Below are positions 12,519 to 26,194 of a stretch of 64,000 nucleotides of DNA, in pieces. The translations under genes and the position numbers were made by a program. The stretch is from Octopus sinensis (lineage: Eukaryota), in assembly GCF_006345805.1 (NCBI RefSeq), contig NC_042998.1, positions 109,492,001 to 109,556,000 on the forward strand, read 5' to 3'. Every line of letters begins with the position of its first letter. Positions within the stretch are counted from its first letter, which is position 1. The notes below the pieces were generated by a model. That model had not been told where the DNA came from, made no database searches, and saw nothing but the letters and a program-made list of their open reading frames with translations.

Positions 12519-12710
12519 AGGGAGAATTCACAAAAAACAAGAGACGAAGACGGGTGGTGTAGAAAACAAACAGATGTATTAGTATAACGCTCGGGAATTG
12601 AAAAAGTCTTTAACGTTTCGAGCCTACGCTCTTCCACAGAGAGAAACACAGAAAGAAACAAAGAGAGTCAAAAAGATGTGTGTAGTGGCTAGCGATCTAT
12701 CATATCTATA
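12519..12710 (-). mobile_element. Short repeat resembling a PLE pseudo-LTR, with a degenerate hammerhead-like motif
   Basis: Minus strand ctgtggaa-gagc-gtag-gctc-gaaacgtt at 12612-12639. Confidence 0.45.
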
Positions 12711-14595
12711 CACATATATACTGTACCAAGATATATATATATATATATATGTGAATGTTTATTTGTTTGTGTTTCTCCTCACCATCGTCTGACAGCTAAG
12801 TTCCAAGCTTAGAAAGAAAGAGAATAATGAGAGTGGTTTGTTTAACTAAACCTCTCAAGGTGGTGCACCAGCATGGCCAAGTAAAAAAAATAATATATGC
12901 GCACACACACACACGCATGGACAGACAGATAGATGTGTATATATACATACACACACACACATATTTATACCTACATATACATAGACATGTCTACATGCAC
13001 ATACATACGTATATATAAATATGCCACATACATGGACAAAGATCGTCTTCCTTGACTACATATTCACACAATTTTTTTCTATACTCTAATGAGATATGTA
13101 TGTTTAACTTAAAGTTTACCAGAAACCTTTGACAGAGTGATGTCTAGGGTTCTTCTAAGATAACAGAGATAACTTCCTAACCATGTTGCTGAAATATACA
13201 CTTTCCATAATAAGAATACTATAGTGAAAGTAGTAATGCGTAATTCAAGCAAACCAATTTTCGTACGTGCTAATAACGTAATGAAATGGTTCCTTATAAA
13301 AAAAAGGTCACGATTTACCACAAAATTCTGGAGATGGCTAAGCAAGGAGGGTGGTTTTCTTTGTTGTAGTTCTGGCTGTTAAATTGCTATAATGTAATGT
13401 GGTGTTGGTGCCAGGGGACCGACACCTCTTTACCTGTACACATTTTACACACACACAATTATTATCATTTAAGTCTGGCTTCCACGTTGGGATACGTTGA
13501 ACGATTTGACAAGATCTAACAAGCTGAAGGATTGCATCACGTACCAGATGACTACTTTAGTATAGTTTCTAAAGCTGGATGCCCTTCCTAACACCAGCCA
13601 CTGTACAAAATGTATTAGGTTCTTTCGAAGTGACACCACCACTAGTGATAGTCACATTGTAGCCCGTAAGAATAAGAACCCAAAGTGGCCCCCACTCACA
13701 AAGACACACACACATAATGAGAGAAAGAGAAAGGTGGAAAGAGAGAGATATAGAAGATTTTATTTGGCTCCGAATCAGCTCTACTTATAATCAAAAGCAT
13801 TCAAGCTATAACCATTCCACTTCTTACCAAGCATACTATAACTATGGCTATTTATCTGATGTAATTTGCCATTTGTTAATGGTAGAGTATGATTCAAGAA
13901 AGATTTAATTGCTATTTTTCACAGACTTAAACGCAACATTTTCAAACAACAAACTATGAAATGGCTGCAAGAAAGTAGTTTTTATATCAAATGTGAAAAT
14001 GGTTTTCGAATAGTTTTGCTCATATTTCTTTAAAGTAGCATAAATTCGATTTGAAAATCATTGGAGTATATTTTCAGGTTGATGCTTTTCTTAATTCATC
14101 CATAAAATAGTATTCCGACTCATTTTGTAGCTAAATTGACTGAGGTAAGCAATAACGAAATTTACTTGAAGATAAATTAAAAGTCACAGTAAGATTTGAG
14201 CATGTGAACTTTAGATAGGTTTGTCTATCACCTTGACATTCACATTAATAGTTATTGAATAAAAGTCACAATAGTTTATCAAAATGTTTCAAAAGACAGC
14301 AACGTGACTGTGTAGTAAATGTATTTTCAAAATATATTCTTGAAAAAAAAAATGTTCATATTACACAGAATCATTTTCACAAGTAATTGTCTTAAAATTG
14401 CTTTTCACAAAATTATTAACGCTAATGTAAAAAATAGGTAATAAATATAGAATGGAGTTTAAATTGTAAAAAAATAAATAAGTAATGTACGTAGATAGAT
14501 AATGAATATGTATAAATAGAAAGTTATATGGATAGGCATTTAATTACGTAATGCATTTTATGTAAATAGGCTATATATATGTCGGTCGTGACTAT

Positions 14596-17330
14596 ATCTA
14601 TATATTAAAGTTCACATCAGTATTTCTGTTTGTATGTACTTTAAATTTTGCAAAACCTGTTTCTTGTACTGCATAAAGATATCAACCGATTTTTATTCTA
14701 AGATTGTGGTCCTTTTATTGCAAGACCCTGGTTCAGATTTGAACCATAGCTCTTAGATTTACCCAATCTAAAACTAAAGTATCTCCATAAAATGATAAGT
14801 GTTGCCATGAAAGATATTAACACCTACGTTAATGTGAATCAACCAATCAGACTTGTGGTTGAGGTGGCAAACTACAAAGTAAGTGTGCAAGTTTTTTCCC
14901 TGCCAAACAGTTTGGTCGAAGATTTGAGTTGGATGACCACCAACTATAAAAAGCTGACAAATTCAAACTCAGAACAGTGATCCACTAAGCCGTCTAGAGG
15001 AATCTGTGTAGTTTATTTCTGGGAGTTGATCCCTCGCCTCATCTTTCGCGTTTCTTATATAACCTGATTATGCCTTACTCAACAAAAGGTGCCCACCTTA
15101 ACTTGTAATGTCAAGCAAAATATATGTAGTGATCAAAATTCCTTGTATTACTTTCATAACATTATCCGGCAAGTTATATATAAAAGGATCTTAACCGTGA
15201 TGTTTATTGAAAGTTGTTCCAAAAATTTATTGGATATACGTTTGTAAATACAACGATGTAGTTTAATAAAACTCAAACTTTATTGTTGTCATTGTCTACA
15301 CACGCAACCAGCATTGTGATCATCCTAGGGAGAAGATATGACTAACCATCACACTAAAGTAGTGGCGCATGACAATTCAAACATTCAGCCTTCTGGTTTG
15401 CCATTTATTCTTCTTTGGCTGTTGACAATATGAGGTAAGTTACGTGTATAGAAAATGACTACACCAACGTTTGGGTTTCCAAATATTTTATTAATCTTGA
15501 CCGTTTATATCTACAAATGTACATTCAATAAACCAAAGGAACAAAATGCAACAAACGTAACGGATAGAAATCTGAATATAACTTGTTGGATAATATAATG
15601 AAAGTAGCGCAAGAAATTTAAATCATAGCATATAATTAATGTGCATTATTTGACGCTACAAGTTAAGGCTGGTGCCTTCAGTTGAGTGTGACTTAAGTAT
15701 GTTACATAAGATACGTGAAAGACGGAGAGCCAGAATGACTCACTGAGACAAGTAACATAGATTCCTCTAAACGGTTAGTGACTCTTTTATCTGAGGTTGA
15801 ATTCGCTAGCTTTTTTTTTATAACTGTTAAACATCCTTCTAGAACCTTCGGCCAAACTTCTTGGCAAGAAAGCTCATACAATTCCTTGATTGTTACAGTT
15901 TGTTGCCGATATTCGTTATATCAAGAGTTCTAATAATGGCACTAACTGGCACTTTATCCTAAGTTCATATGAGTTCTCTGTACTCTAAAGATTCTATAGA
16001 TCTGGAAAAAAAATGGCTATATATCAAGAATCGGATGAAGAACTATTTGCAATTAAAGAACTCAGTCTTTTTATTTAGAATTTTGCCTTCCTCCGTTTGC
16101 TTCCACGAAGCATATTTGGTGTGATATTTTTATGTACCATGGACAACATTTTGTGTCTGATAAACATCGACTTGCAGTTCTTTCTGATCTTCACATTTTT
16201 TTTCTATCTGGGAGTTGCAGCACCAGAAAACTCATTTCATCTCGTTTCATTTGACCTAATATGAACAGAGAAGTTTGTCAATTGAATAGAAATTGTATAT
16301 TTTGTCAAAAAGCAGAAAGTTCACTTGCCACCTCAACTATAGTAAGTCAAATAGTGCTGATTGGTCAAGCCATATTCACATAGATTTGAATACCTTTTAA
16401 AGTGACCTCAAAAGAATATATGACTCACCACCACAATAGAAAGGACCAGGCTGAGATTTGAACCATTACCCTCCGATTTTCCAATTCTATAATTACGAAT
16501 TAATTTGCAAGATGTCGGCATTTTCGGTCGATTCAAAGTTCACTATTTTCCCAATTTGTAAGGAAGAATTCAATGAGCCAGTAGCTTTGTCCTGATTACA
16601 TACACATGTTGTTAAAATTGTTTCCAAGATTTCGTAAACTGTTGCTAGCAATTTTCTGAGTGTGATTTCATATCGGGTCACCAATTTTTAGTGCTGCGGT
16701 TAGTCACATGTTCTTCTTAGACTGTTCACAATGTAGGTTGTGCGTGTAGACAATGACAACAATAAAGTTTAATTGAGTTTTCAAGTATTTTATTAACCCA
16801 TATCGTTATAATTACAAACATACATCCAATAAATTAATGGAACAATGTTCAATGAACATAACTGTTTAAAATTTTCTGTATATAACTTACTGGACAACGT
16901 TATGAAAGTAATACAAGGAATTTCAACCACAGCATATAAATTAATGCATGTTACTTGGTACCTTTTGTCAAGTAGGGCATAAATATGTAAACGTAAAAAA
17001 AAAAGAGAAAGACCAACACGCTGAGACAAGTAACATTGATTCCCTTAGACGGTTTTATGTTTCTCTTATTTGAGGTTGAGCTTACCAGTGTTTTTCTTTT
17101 TCTTTTATAGCTGTAAACTGTCCTGCTAGAATCTTCGACCAAACTGTTTATGGGAAAACTCGCACACTTTCTTTGTGATTTGCCGCTTCGACCATTGGTC
17201 GAATCATATTTACGTAGATTTAAATACCTTTTATGGTGGCATATTTTCTTTTATTTAAATACCTTTTATGGTGGCATATTTTCTTCATATTTTCTGTGGT
17301 TCAAGATTGGGAAAAATCTGAGAGCCTAAA
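14596..17330. repeat. Compound repeat with ~600-bp diverged inverted arms (about 14745-15365 and 16680-17330) and internal module copies; possibly a non-autonomous Helitron or fold-back element
   Basis: Perfect inverted matches 15275-15300/16745-16770 (26 bp) and 15136-15160/16899-16923 (25 bp); left end tctatatattaaag..ctgtttgtatgt resembles Helitron 5' ends. Confidence 0.6.
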
Positions 17331-17559
17331 TCACTTGCAAGACATGTCTGGATCCTGGAACCCTCAAAATAAATGAACTTGTTTCTCTTGTGCATGGAAA
17401 AATAACTTCTCTGCATTGAAGAGAGATGTCAGAACTAGAAACGAAGGAAGAAGTGAAGTCATAGGAAAAGCAGGTGATTTGATCGGCCTCTTTTAATTCG
17501 ACAAACTTCCATAGTGAACGGTTGTGTGTAGCAAGTTCAAGAAGAGTCTGGTCAAAGGT

Positions 17560-20500
17560 TGGGTAGTGAAAGAAACATACAAGTTCGTGCAACAATTTTT
17601 TTCAGTTGTAATGGAGGATAATTTTCTCTCTGCCTTTATCTTTTCTGTCCTTTTTACAAGTTATTTCGGCATTTTGTTTATCTTGGGGAGTTTTTCTATA
17701 ATCGATTTTGAGATGTTCACTAAGATAAGGATCGGGAGTGTTGTACTCAGACCGTTTTCTGGTGAAGGTTAAATTGTGGCCTGGATTAAGAAAGTGAGGC
17801 ATATTGCAACACTTACTAGACGTGACTAGTTTTATGCCGCTGTGTCTAGAGGGAAGTGCGTTGTATATGTATTTAGAAATGGACGAAGCAGATCAGCTAA
17901 AGTTGAAGAAGATCGACGAATGGCTGAAGGATGAGTTCATGGAGGGTGATTTAAGGGGAATTGCAAGCCAGGAGCAGTGAAATGAGGTGAGGAGCAAGTG
18001 ATAACTATGTAAACAAGCTAAAGAGACTGGCTGGGCTTTCTGTGTTTACCGGCGAAGCGATTCTTTGACCATAATTTGGTGCGGCTGCAGCAGCTACTGG
18101 ACATTGACACAATAACTGTGGGTGATTTGGTGGATATAACGCGAATATTGATGCAGAACGACAACTGTGAAGTCGCAACAATGGTGACGGCGGAGCTTAG
18201 TAGAATGAGGGTTCAAGCGGTGAACAGCAAAAACTGGAGAGTGGCAGAGGAACTGATACGTTTAAGGGGCTGTGTTTCAGATGTCGGGGTCTGCATATGG
18301 TCAGAGATTGCAAGAAGCCAAAAATCTGAAGTGGTATGCTACTGGTGTGACCACCCCGGGCACCACGGTCTAAAGCAAACAAGGAAACAGAACAAGATAG
18401 CTGTTCCGACAACCGATTAGAGGTGCTCCTATGTTCACTGCCTGTAATAAGGGTTTGGCGGCGGGAAGGGGGGTATCAAGGGAAACGAGAGCCCTTGTCG
18501 AGTCCTGGTGACAGCGAAAAAGGTTGGAAGATGGAATGGAAAACCCAGCTTGGTGGGGGGCAGTGGCTCGCAGGAAGGTGGGGTATAGAGGCGTCGGTGT
18601 GGTGAAGTTGGTTGTACAGGTAATGCCGATGAAGGTAGAGGTAATTGTTATCGACAAGGTTATGGATGATATTGATATAGTAGTCAGGATGGATGTCATT
18701 TGCTGGCAGGGAGGTGTGGCGGACGGCAAGATAGGAGTAGAGTTTGGAGGTGAGAGTCAGTGTGCCTTGTGCTGTGAGTGTGAAACGGAGGAAGAAGGCT
18801 GTAGGGTGGACGAGTTGAACTCTGTGGAAAGAAATACTGCAGACAAATTTGAAGATGAGGGCTTCCGGATTGAGTCTGACGGTAAGCGATGGATGGTGGA
18901 ATACTTTTGGAGGGAAGAACTCCTGATGTTGAGAAATAACGTGAGCTGCTACGAGCACGCCCTCAAAGAAGGGGCCAAGAATGAGTTGGAGACTAATCGA
19001 CCGATGGAATGAGGGTATTTCAATGTCGTAGAAAGAGTAGTGTTACTGACGATGGATGTCGTCGAGCCAACAAAAGGTAAAATCCGGCTGGTATTAGACT
19101 TTCGAGATTTCAATGAGCACGCACAATGTCATAAGGGCAGTGAAGCGGCAGATGTCTGAGGGAAAACCTTGCGTGAGTGAAGGCATATGCCGGGGGTGGG
19201 GGTGGGGTGGGGGCTACGACTATCGTTCTCAAATCTGCATATCTGCGGCTCTACGTGGATGAAAAATTGTGGCGGTATCACCTGGTGAGATACAAGAGTA
19301 GGACATACTGTTTGACTCAGCTGGGATTCAGTTTGAACTCAGTACCAAAAATCTTGATGAAGGTTCTTAGGGTGGTTTTGGTGGAGAAGGTGGCCAAGAT
19401 GAAGTGGGCTATTAGTTCCTACATTGATGAAATTCTAGTATATGAGACCGTGGTGTCAGCAGAGGAAATTGTAGGAAATATGAAAAAGTTCGGGCTGAGT
19501 TTAAAACCACAGGAGGCTTCAGAATGAGGCATTATGCTGGGGCTGAATGCCGAGAGAGTCAAGGTAAGCAGGCCTGATTTTGGAGAGGAAATGAGATTCC
19601 AGACATGAGCGAGGACATGAATTGGCGAGAACTTTTCACAAAGTAAGGGGAACTGGTTGGCTGCTATCCTTTTGCAGATTGTTTCAAACGGCATGCAGCT
19701 ACATCAAGAAGCGAGCTGAAGAAGTGAGCTGGGGCGACAAAGTAAGAGAAAAGACAGTTACCATGATACGAAATGTTTCAGAGAGAGAGAGAGAGAGAGA
19801 GTGAGAGAGAGAGAGAGAGAGAGACAGAGAGAGAGAGGACCCGGTGAAGGGAAGTTGGTACGTGACCAAAACAAAAATGGAATTGTATGGTATGATGTGA
19901 GTAGCATAGCAGTAACAGTCACACCTGAAATGAAAGGGGTCGAGGAGGAATATACAGCATCGCTCAGGAAGAAGGATGACTGCAATCATATCATTGTAGC
20001 TGAACTGGACAATGTGTTGAGGGCGTGAACTGGACACTGAGATGGAAAGTGCTCTTCAAGATTCGAACTGATTCAGCCACGGTACGTGGATGGGCAGCAT
20101 CACTAATCACTAATCAGAAGAGAATCCAAACAAAAGGAGCCGCAGAAATGATAATCAAGTGCCGCCTGGGAATCTTGAGAGAGCTGGCTACTGAGTTTGG
20201 CCAGGTGTAGGTAACCTTTGTGCCTTCAGAATAAAACTAAGATCAATTCTCTTACCAGGGTAAAAGGAAACTCTGGTTGCAAGTGCCGGAAAATTTACCG
20301 AGTGGAGTACAGTGGCTGCTGCATGCTGGCTGGGGGGGCCAGGATTGCAGAGGCTGTACAACATGTGTCATATAGGAGTAGACAAGACCCTATTTTTAGC
20401 AAGGGAAGTTGATGCTGATGTCACCAGGGAGAGTATCTGGAAGGTGGCAGGGAACTGCAACAGGTATCAGTCCATTGACCCTGCTCTGAGTTTGCATGAA

Positions 20501-20925
20501 ACAGGAAAGATTCAGGAGGAGGAAAACTGGAGGAGACTGGCAGTTGACGAGACATACTACCAGGGAAGATCATACCTCTCCCTGATTGACTGTGGGGCAG
20601 GGAGGATGGTGATATGGGGAGAAGATCAGGATGGGGCTGTGGATGAAATTGCAGAAATGCTGAATGATATTCCTGGAAAGGAAGCCAGTGGACAAGCTAT
20701 TGATGGACAAAAGTTCAGCATTTTGTTCAGAACAGCTGAAAGAAATACTCAGGAGATAGAACACCAGGCGCTTCTTCAGAGCTACATTTAAGTCACGTGG
20801 AAAGGAGATTGTGGACCGACACCATCGCACAATCAAGACCATGGTTGAGAAGTTCCAATATATCTGGAATGTGTTGTTGGTTAGTTGCTGAAAGTTGTGT
20901 ATAACTAGACTACACCAAGCAAACA
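17560..20925 (+). mobile_element. Gypsy-like LTR retrotransposon remnant (gag-CCHC-PR-RT-RH-IN), many stops and frameshifts, 3'-truncated, LTRs not recognised
   Basis: CYWCDHPGH knuckle; KIRLVLDFRDFN; YCLTQLGFSLNSVP; SSYIDEILV; WYDVSSIA..HIIVAELD..IRTDSATV; CHIGVDKT..LAVDETYY..LIDCG..IVDRHHRTIK. Confidence 0.88.
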
Positions 20926-20929
20926 TTTA

Positions 20930-22063
20930 AACATGAGCATAACATGATTTATGCTGCACTAGTCATAAAAAAATAGTTCATTTATGAATGAACAGTATTT
21001 AGCAAACAATTGAAATGAAAGTAATTTTTTGAAGATACAAAAATAATTGAAAAAAGACTATTGCTATAGTAGAGTCAATATAAGGTTAATATTTAATAGG
21101 TACTAAAGTAAACATTAACCCACTATAATTATAATTCATTAGTTTATCCAAAATATATATCACCTTCAAATTCTTTAGACAAATTTCCATTTCTCCCTTT
21201 TCAATACATATTTCTGTTCCTTCTCTTAATTTCACGTGTATGTGTGTGCATGCGAGCTTCTCCATATATCACAGGATTATAGTAACAACCAGACATCAAT
21301 GAATGTTATACACCTCTGGACACATTGCACTTCCAATTCTGTTTTGAGAACATTGACAATGATGATTATGGCAACGATGCTGATTTTGGGAGTGAATCTG
21401 GCGATTTAGACCCGGAAAGTGATAACAATGATCTCGATGATTATGCTGCTTAATAAAATGTACAGCCACTGGCAAATGTGCATGGTGCAGTGCCTGTCAG
21501 TTGTCAGAAGGGTCATGTTCAAGTTTGTGGTGGGAACAGAAGGCGCACTCCAGGTGGTAGGCCCAATGTTCCACCCAGAGATAAGAACCAATACTCCTCC
21601 AAGATGGCAGAGAGATACTATAGGCTTTGCAGAGTGTCAATTTACGCTATATAAGCCACCTTGGCCCAGGAACATGCCTGACACTATAAATGTAGACAGT
21701 ACTCCAATTGATTATTTTAGTTTATTCTGGAATGAAGACTTATGGGATATTTTACTCGAGGAAACTAAGAATCAAATTGAATGTGAGTAAGGCTGTTTAC
21801 AGATGCAAATATTGAGGAGTTCCTCTGCATTGGAAAGCCAGACAGTAACTGCTGGCTCAATTGGCAATAAAAAAAAAAAATAAAAGCAATAAAACAAAAA
21901 CAAAATGTGGTAAAGACAATATTGCCCTCTGGCATTTATTTCAATATGTGTGACAGAGAACACACTGAAACAATATCAAGTGGGAAATCACTTTATTCGA
22001 TTTTTTACCCAGAGAACCTGAGATGAGGGTGCTGAGGACAATGGGTATCTAGGGTTCAAAGGG
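20930..22063 (+). mobile_element. piggyBac-like transposon remnant (acidic N-terminus, PGBD-type motif, right end)
   Basis: DNDDYGNDADFGSESGDLDPESD; STPIDYFSLFWNEDLWDILLEETK; right end ..gttcaaaggg|ctaa (TTAA with 1 mismatch); left end not seen. Confidence 0.55.
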
Positions 22064-24559
22064 CTAAGTTGAACCCAGAGGAAATTGAACTTACTTTATA
22101 ATGAGATAAAACTAAATACTGCAATGTATTAAATTCAAAGATCTATTGATTCTGCTCTGATAAACTGGGTGATGATTTGAAAAATTTTCATCATCTTCCA
22201 GCTGTTGAACTAAAATCTCCACAAAGCTTCATTGACTAGGAAGCATATTAAGATTGTTTAGGCTTGAATTATTGGAAGATTTTTACCTTGCTATGCTTCT
22301 TACCCATTACAATATATCATATAGTAAGGGTTTGATATTGGTAAGAAACACCATAGTTGAGTCATACAAGTCTATCATTTCTTGAAAACCACCTTAGCTC
22401 CATGTGTTAAAATAAAAGGTTAAATGTTCTGATTTAAATCAATACACTATATAGAAATGGAATATGATTGATTACTCTCCTTTATACAGTAATATTCACA
22501 TTTCAGTGATGCCAAATCATTTGCTTATTTTACTATTTCATTGTACAAAGTTATTTTGCATACATTTATTTTAAGGGAAAATACAAGGTTCTGATATTTA
22601 TGGCAGTAACAAACAGAATAATGCAACAGTTGTTTAAATGCAAATTTGTATCAAAGTTAGAAATCCATCAAAAATGAATTATTACACTATAATGTTGAAC
22701 TACAATGTGCTGCAGCTGTTTTTCTTCTGGGTCTGACTTGCTTAACTAGAGCTAGGTTATTTTGCTGAGAATCTCTTGTGTATCATGGAATTTGTCTTCT
22801 TAGCCATCCACCACTATCAATGACAGCCTGTAATAAGACTAGGCTGCATAGCAGCTATCATTTGACAGCCTCTAATCAGAATGGTTATATACCAGCTTAT
22901 TTCCCACAGCCTGTAATCAAAATCATTGTGTTGGTCCAATGAAAAAGCAGATTGAAATAATTAATGAAGTCAGTTGAATATCTATTTGTATTTTTTTAAA
23001 TACTATATCAGCAAATTATTTCTGCTCTATGATAGCTTTTTACAGCAAGAAGTATAAGACTATAAAATCCAGTTTTTTGTTCACAAAACTAACAAGATAT
23101 GAACCCTAAATTTCTTGTTTTTATACTCTACAATTAACTTTCAGTACTTTTACCTCATCATTCGGGACCACAGGGTGATCTAATCCAGTGAGTCTTTTGT
23201 TGCTGAAGCAAAATTAACTTGGAGTTCTGTTCAGATATAGTCCAATCTCAAGGGCTGCTACATCAGATGTCTGTTTGGTCTTAGGGTGAATATTTCTCAG
23301 AGCTGAGTAATATGATTGGTTGACTGATGTTTAATGTTAGAATATAATTTAGATGAAGTCTACTAGACATCACAGCCTGAATTAAAACCAAAAAAATCAC
23401 ATATTTCTGATCTGAGTATTTACATGATTTCATTTTGTAGTCTTAATCAACTTTGTATTTATAGTGTTGTTTAACCCTAGGTAAGCTCTGATCAAGTGGA
23501 CCCTATGAATAAAGAATTCTAGTCATGACCTATCCGTGGCATTTTCAGATTGTCTCTGGAATTACATTACCTAATGCATCTTTGTTTTTAAAATGGTGAA
23601 TTGCAGCTTGGTTGCTTCTCCCAGAAGGTCAAGTACCAAAGAAGGAGCTTGTATGCATGTGATATATAAAGTTGGTAGCAGCTGTATAGAAGAACAATTT
23701 ATCAAAGGCCACATAACCTGTAACCAAAACAGCAGTAATTGTCAATGGTGATTTTACAATGTAAAATTACAAAAATACACATTCTGTCAAAGAACCAACT
23801 ATCCTTTCATAAAGTACTTAAATTATTAGTGAGTGTATCCTTTTGTTTTAACTTGCATAAATATTTTACATTAAAAATCTTAGCAGCCAAATCAACCATA
23901 TTTCATCAAAATAACATTACATGTCCAGGTGCTATAATTTCATGTTTTTAGGTTAGTTTTCTACCCATTTTCTTCTCAACAACAATTTTGGGTTCAGTCC
24001 CACTGCATGACACCTTCTATAGTCCAAGACCGACCAAAGCCTTGAGTAAATTTGGTAGACAGAAACTGAAACTCGTTTGTCTGTGTGCATGATTTTGTAT
24101 TTCATTCTCATGCTTTGCTCACTAGTTTGTAAACAATGGCTTCACTAATGCTGTCATTTGCTTGCAATCCACTACAAAAGTAGACATGGCTCATTGGCAT
24201 GTCATGCCATCTTTGTAAACAAAGGCTTTTCACAATGTCATTTGTTTTCAGTTCCCCATATAATGAAATCCAGGCTTGTTGAAGACTTCGAGGTTATTAG
24301 CTCACTTGGAAATAAGTGCAGGTTGGAGCTGGCAAGTCAGAAGACTGTGCTCTGGCATCATTTCTATGGCTGAATACCCTTCCTAACACCAACCACTTTA
24401 AAGAGTCTACTGGGTATTTTTTATGTGGCACCAAGGTAATGAAGCAACTTGCAAGTCAAGACCACGCAACTGAGGAAAGTGGTATTAAGGGAAGTGGTTT
24501 TGTGCCAGGTGATGAGAGGTTAGAGTATGAATAGAGGGAGAAAAATAGTTGTCTTGCAG

Positions 24560-25430
24560 TTGAGATCTGTAGCTACTGCAGTTGGAGAGAGAGGATTTCC
24601 CTGAGCATTTGAAGAAATCTATTTCCTATGTGTTAGTGCTTTGTTTTTCCAGTACATGTCACACACAGACTACTTTCTCTGTGAGCTTGCACTGAATACA
24701 CTGTACAGAATTTCTACCAACATAGTGGAATTGCCATGGACAACCAGTTTCAAATTTCTCTTCTATGTTTCAGATGACTATGATAAACAAGGGGATTCCA
24801 AGAGCCGAGCCTTAGTGAACCACCTACACACATTCATTGCTGTACTCGATGCCAATTTCCACCTTATTGACAGCACCCCTAGTACATGGCTTGGCTAGCT
24901 CTTGCCAACCACTCATCTACCTCTAGCTTCCACAGCAACCACCAGATGAGACTGTCAAACACTTTCTCTATTTTGAAAAATACCAAGTACAGCAATTAAT
25001 TTTTGGCTAAATGCTTCTCATGCAGTTGCCTAAGATAACATCAGTACGGCTCCTTCCTAGTACAAAACTAAACTGCATCTCATCTCAGTTAACTCACTTC
25101 TCAATTAGTTGTGTTATGGCTGTTTCTGTAATTTTCATAGCTTATCCAGCAATTTGATTACCTGTCTAAGACATCTCTTTCAATTTGTAGCAGTTGACTA
25201 TGGGCAACTAGGCTGTATCCTATTCCACAACATATTTTAAGCATTTCAGTAGTCATTCCTGACAGGCCAGATGCTTTCCTTGTCTTCATATCTTTAATTG
25301 GTTTATCCGTCATGTTAGTCAACAAGGATAGTTTGTCCTTCTGTTGGGTCCACATTAGGAACACTCTACCTTCCTTGCATTCTCCACATTTAGCATCCTT
25401 TCAATAGAGGCACTGCCATGCCTCTTAGTA
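24560..25430 (-). mobile_element. RTE-clade LINE RT fragment
   Basis: KPIKDMKTRKASGLSGMTTEMLK; DEMQFSFVLGRS; EKVFD; WWLLWKLEVDEWL; GCPW; degraded. Confidence 0.8.
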
Positions 25431-26194
25431 GAGGCATGGAATTATGTAAATTCTAATGTGTATCTTCACTTTAAAGTAAATTCTTAAATGTTACACTGAA
25501 TTTATGAAATGAGAAACAGTTAAAAATAATCAATAAACATAATAACACATAAGTAGTTGCATTTCAACTATCTTTTTCAGAAAGGAAATTAATACATTTT
25601 GGAATTTTAAAGCCAATAATCTTTATCAACTAATTTTTTTTCTATAGAACATAGCATTTAAGTAAACTGTAATATATTAGATATTGCAATCATTAAGGAC
25701 ATCATCCTAGGCAGATCAACTAAATCAACCAGGAGTACTTCTTGACACATTATTTGTTCATGTACAAACTTTGTTTTTCTAAGTATTTGTATACTACAGC
25801 TGGAAAATTTAAGTAAATATCTGAAACATGTGATGGTAATATTGTTAATTAAAATAAACTTGTTTTGTTACATTACTTTCAGTTTGAGTCTTTCTTATAA
25901 CAAATACAGGCTGAACCATAGGGGCATTATTTCAAATCATGGATGCAAGTTTGGCTGTGGGGTGAAGTTCATTTCATAACTGTCACTTTCAGGTTCAATG
26001 CTACTGAGTGTCAGCTTAAATAGATATTTTGTCTCTTAGGATTGATTGATTACTAGCATACTGATCTACACTAAAGACAAAATATCTATTTATGATGACC
26101 CCACCCAACCCACTCAAAAGCATTATCCACTTCTAAAAGCTCCAAAAAGTCATTTTTGGGACTAAGAAACAAAATCTTTACGAAACAATAATAA

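Noticed and set aside
562-13018. Many ORFs rich in CVCV, HTHT, YIYI or MYVC
   Set aside because: They are translations of dinucleotide and tetranucleotide microsatellites
20937-20963. gcataa-catgat-ttatgc hairpin plus CTAG|T as the 3' end of a Helitron starting at 14596
   Set aside because: The stem is short and AT-rich and only 4 nt from CTAG; this is too weak to link across the Gypsy remnant
24641-24898. + strand ORF with a strong-looking acceptor (DDYDKQGDSKSRALVNHLHTF...) resembling a terminal exon of a second gene
   Set aside because: It is the antisense reading of the RTE RT fragment on the minus strand (EWL.RA..AMY..SKV..QGS.L..LFIIV); no upstream exons were found
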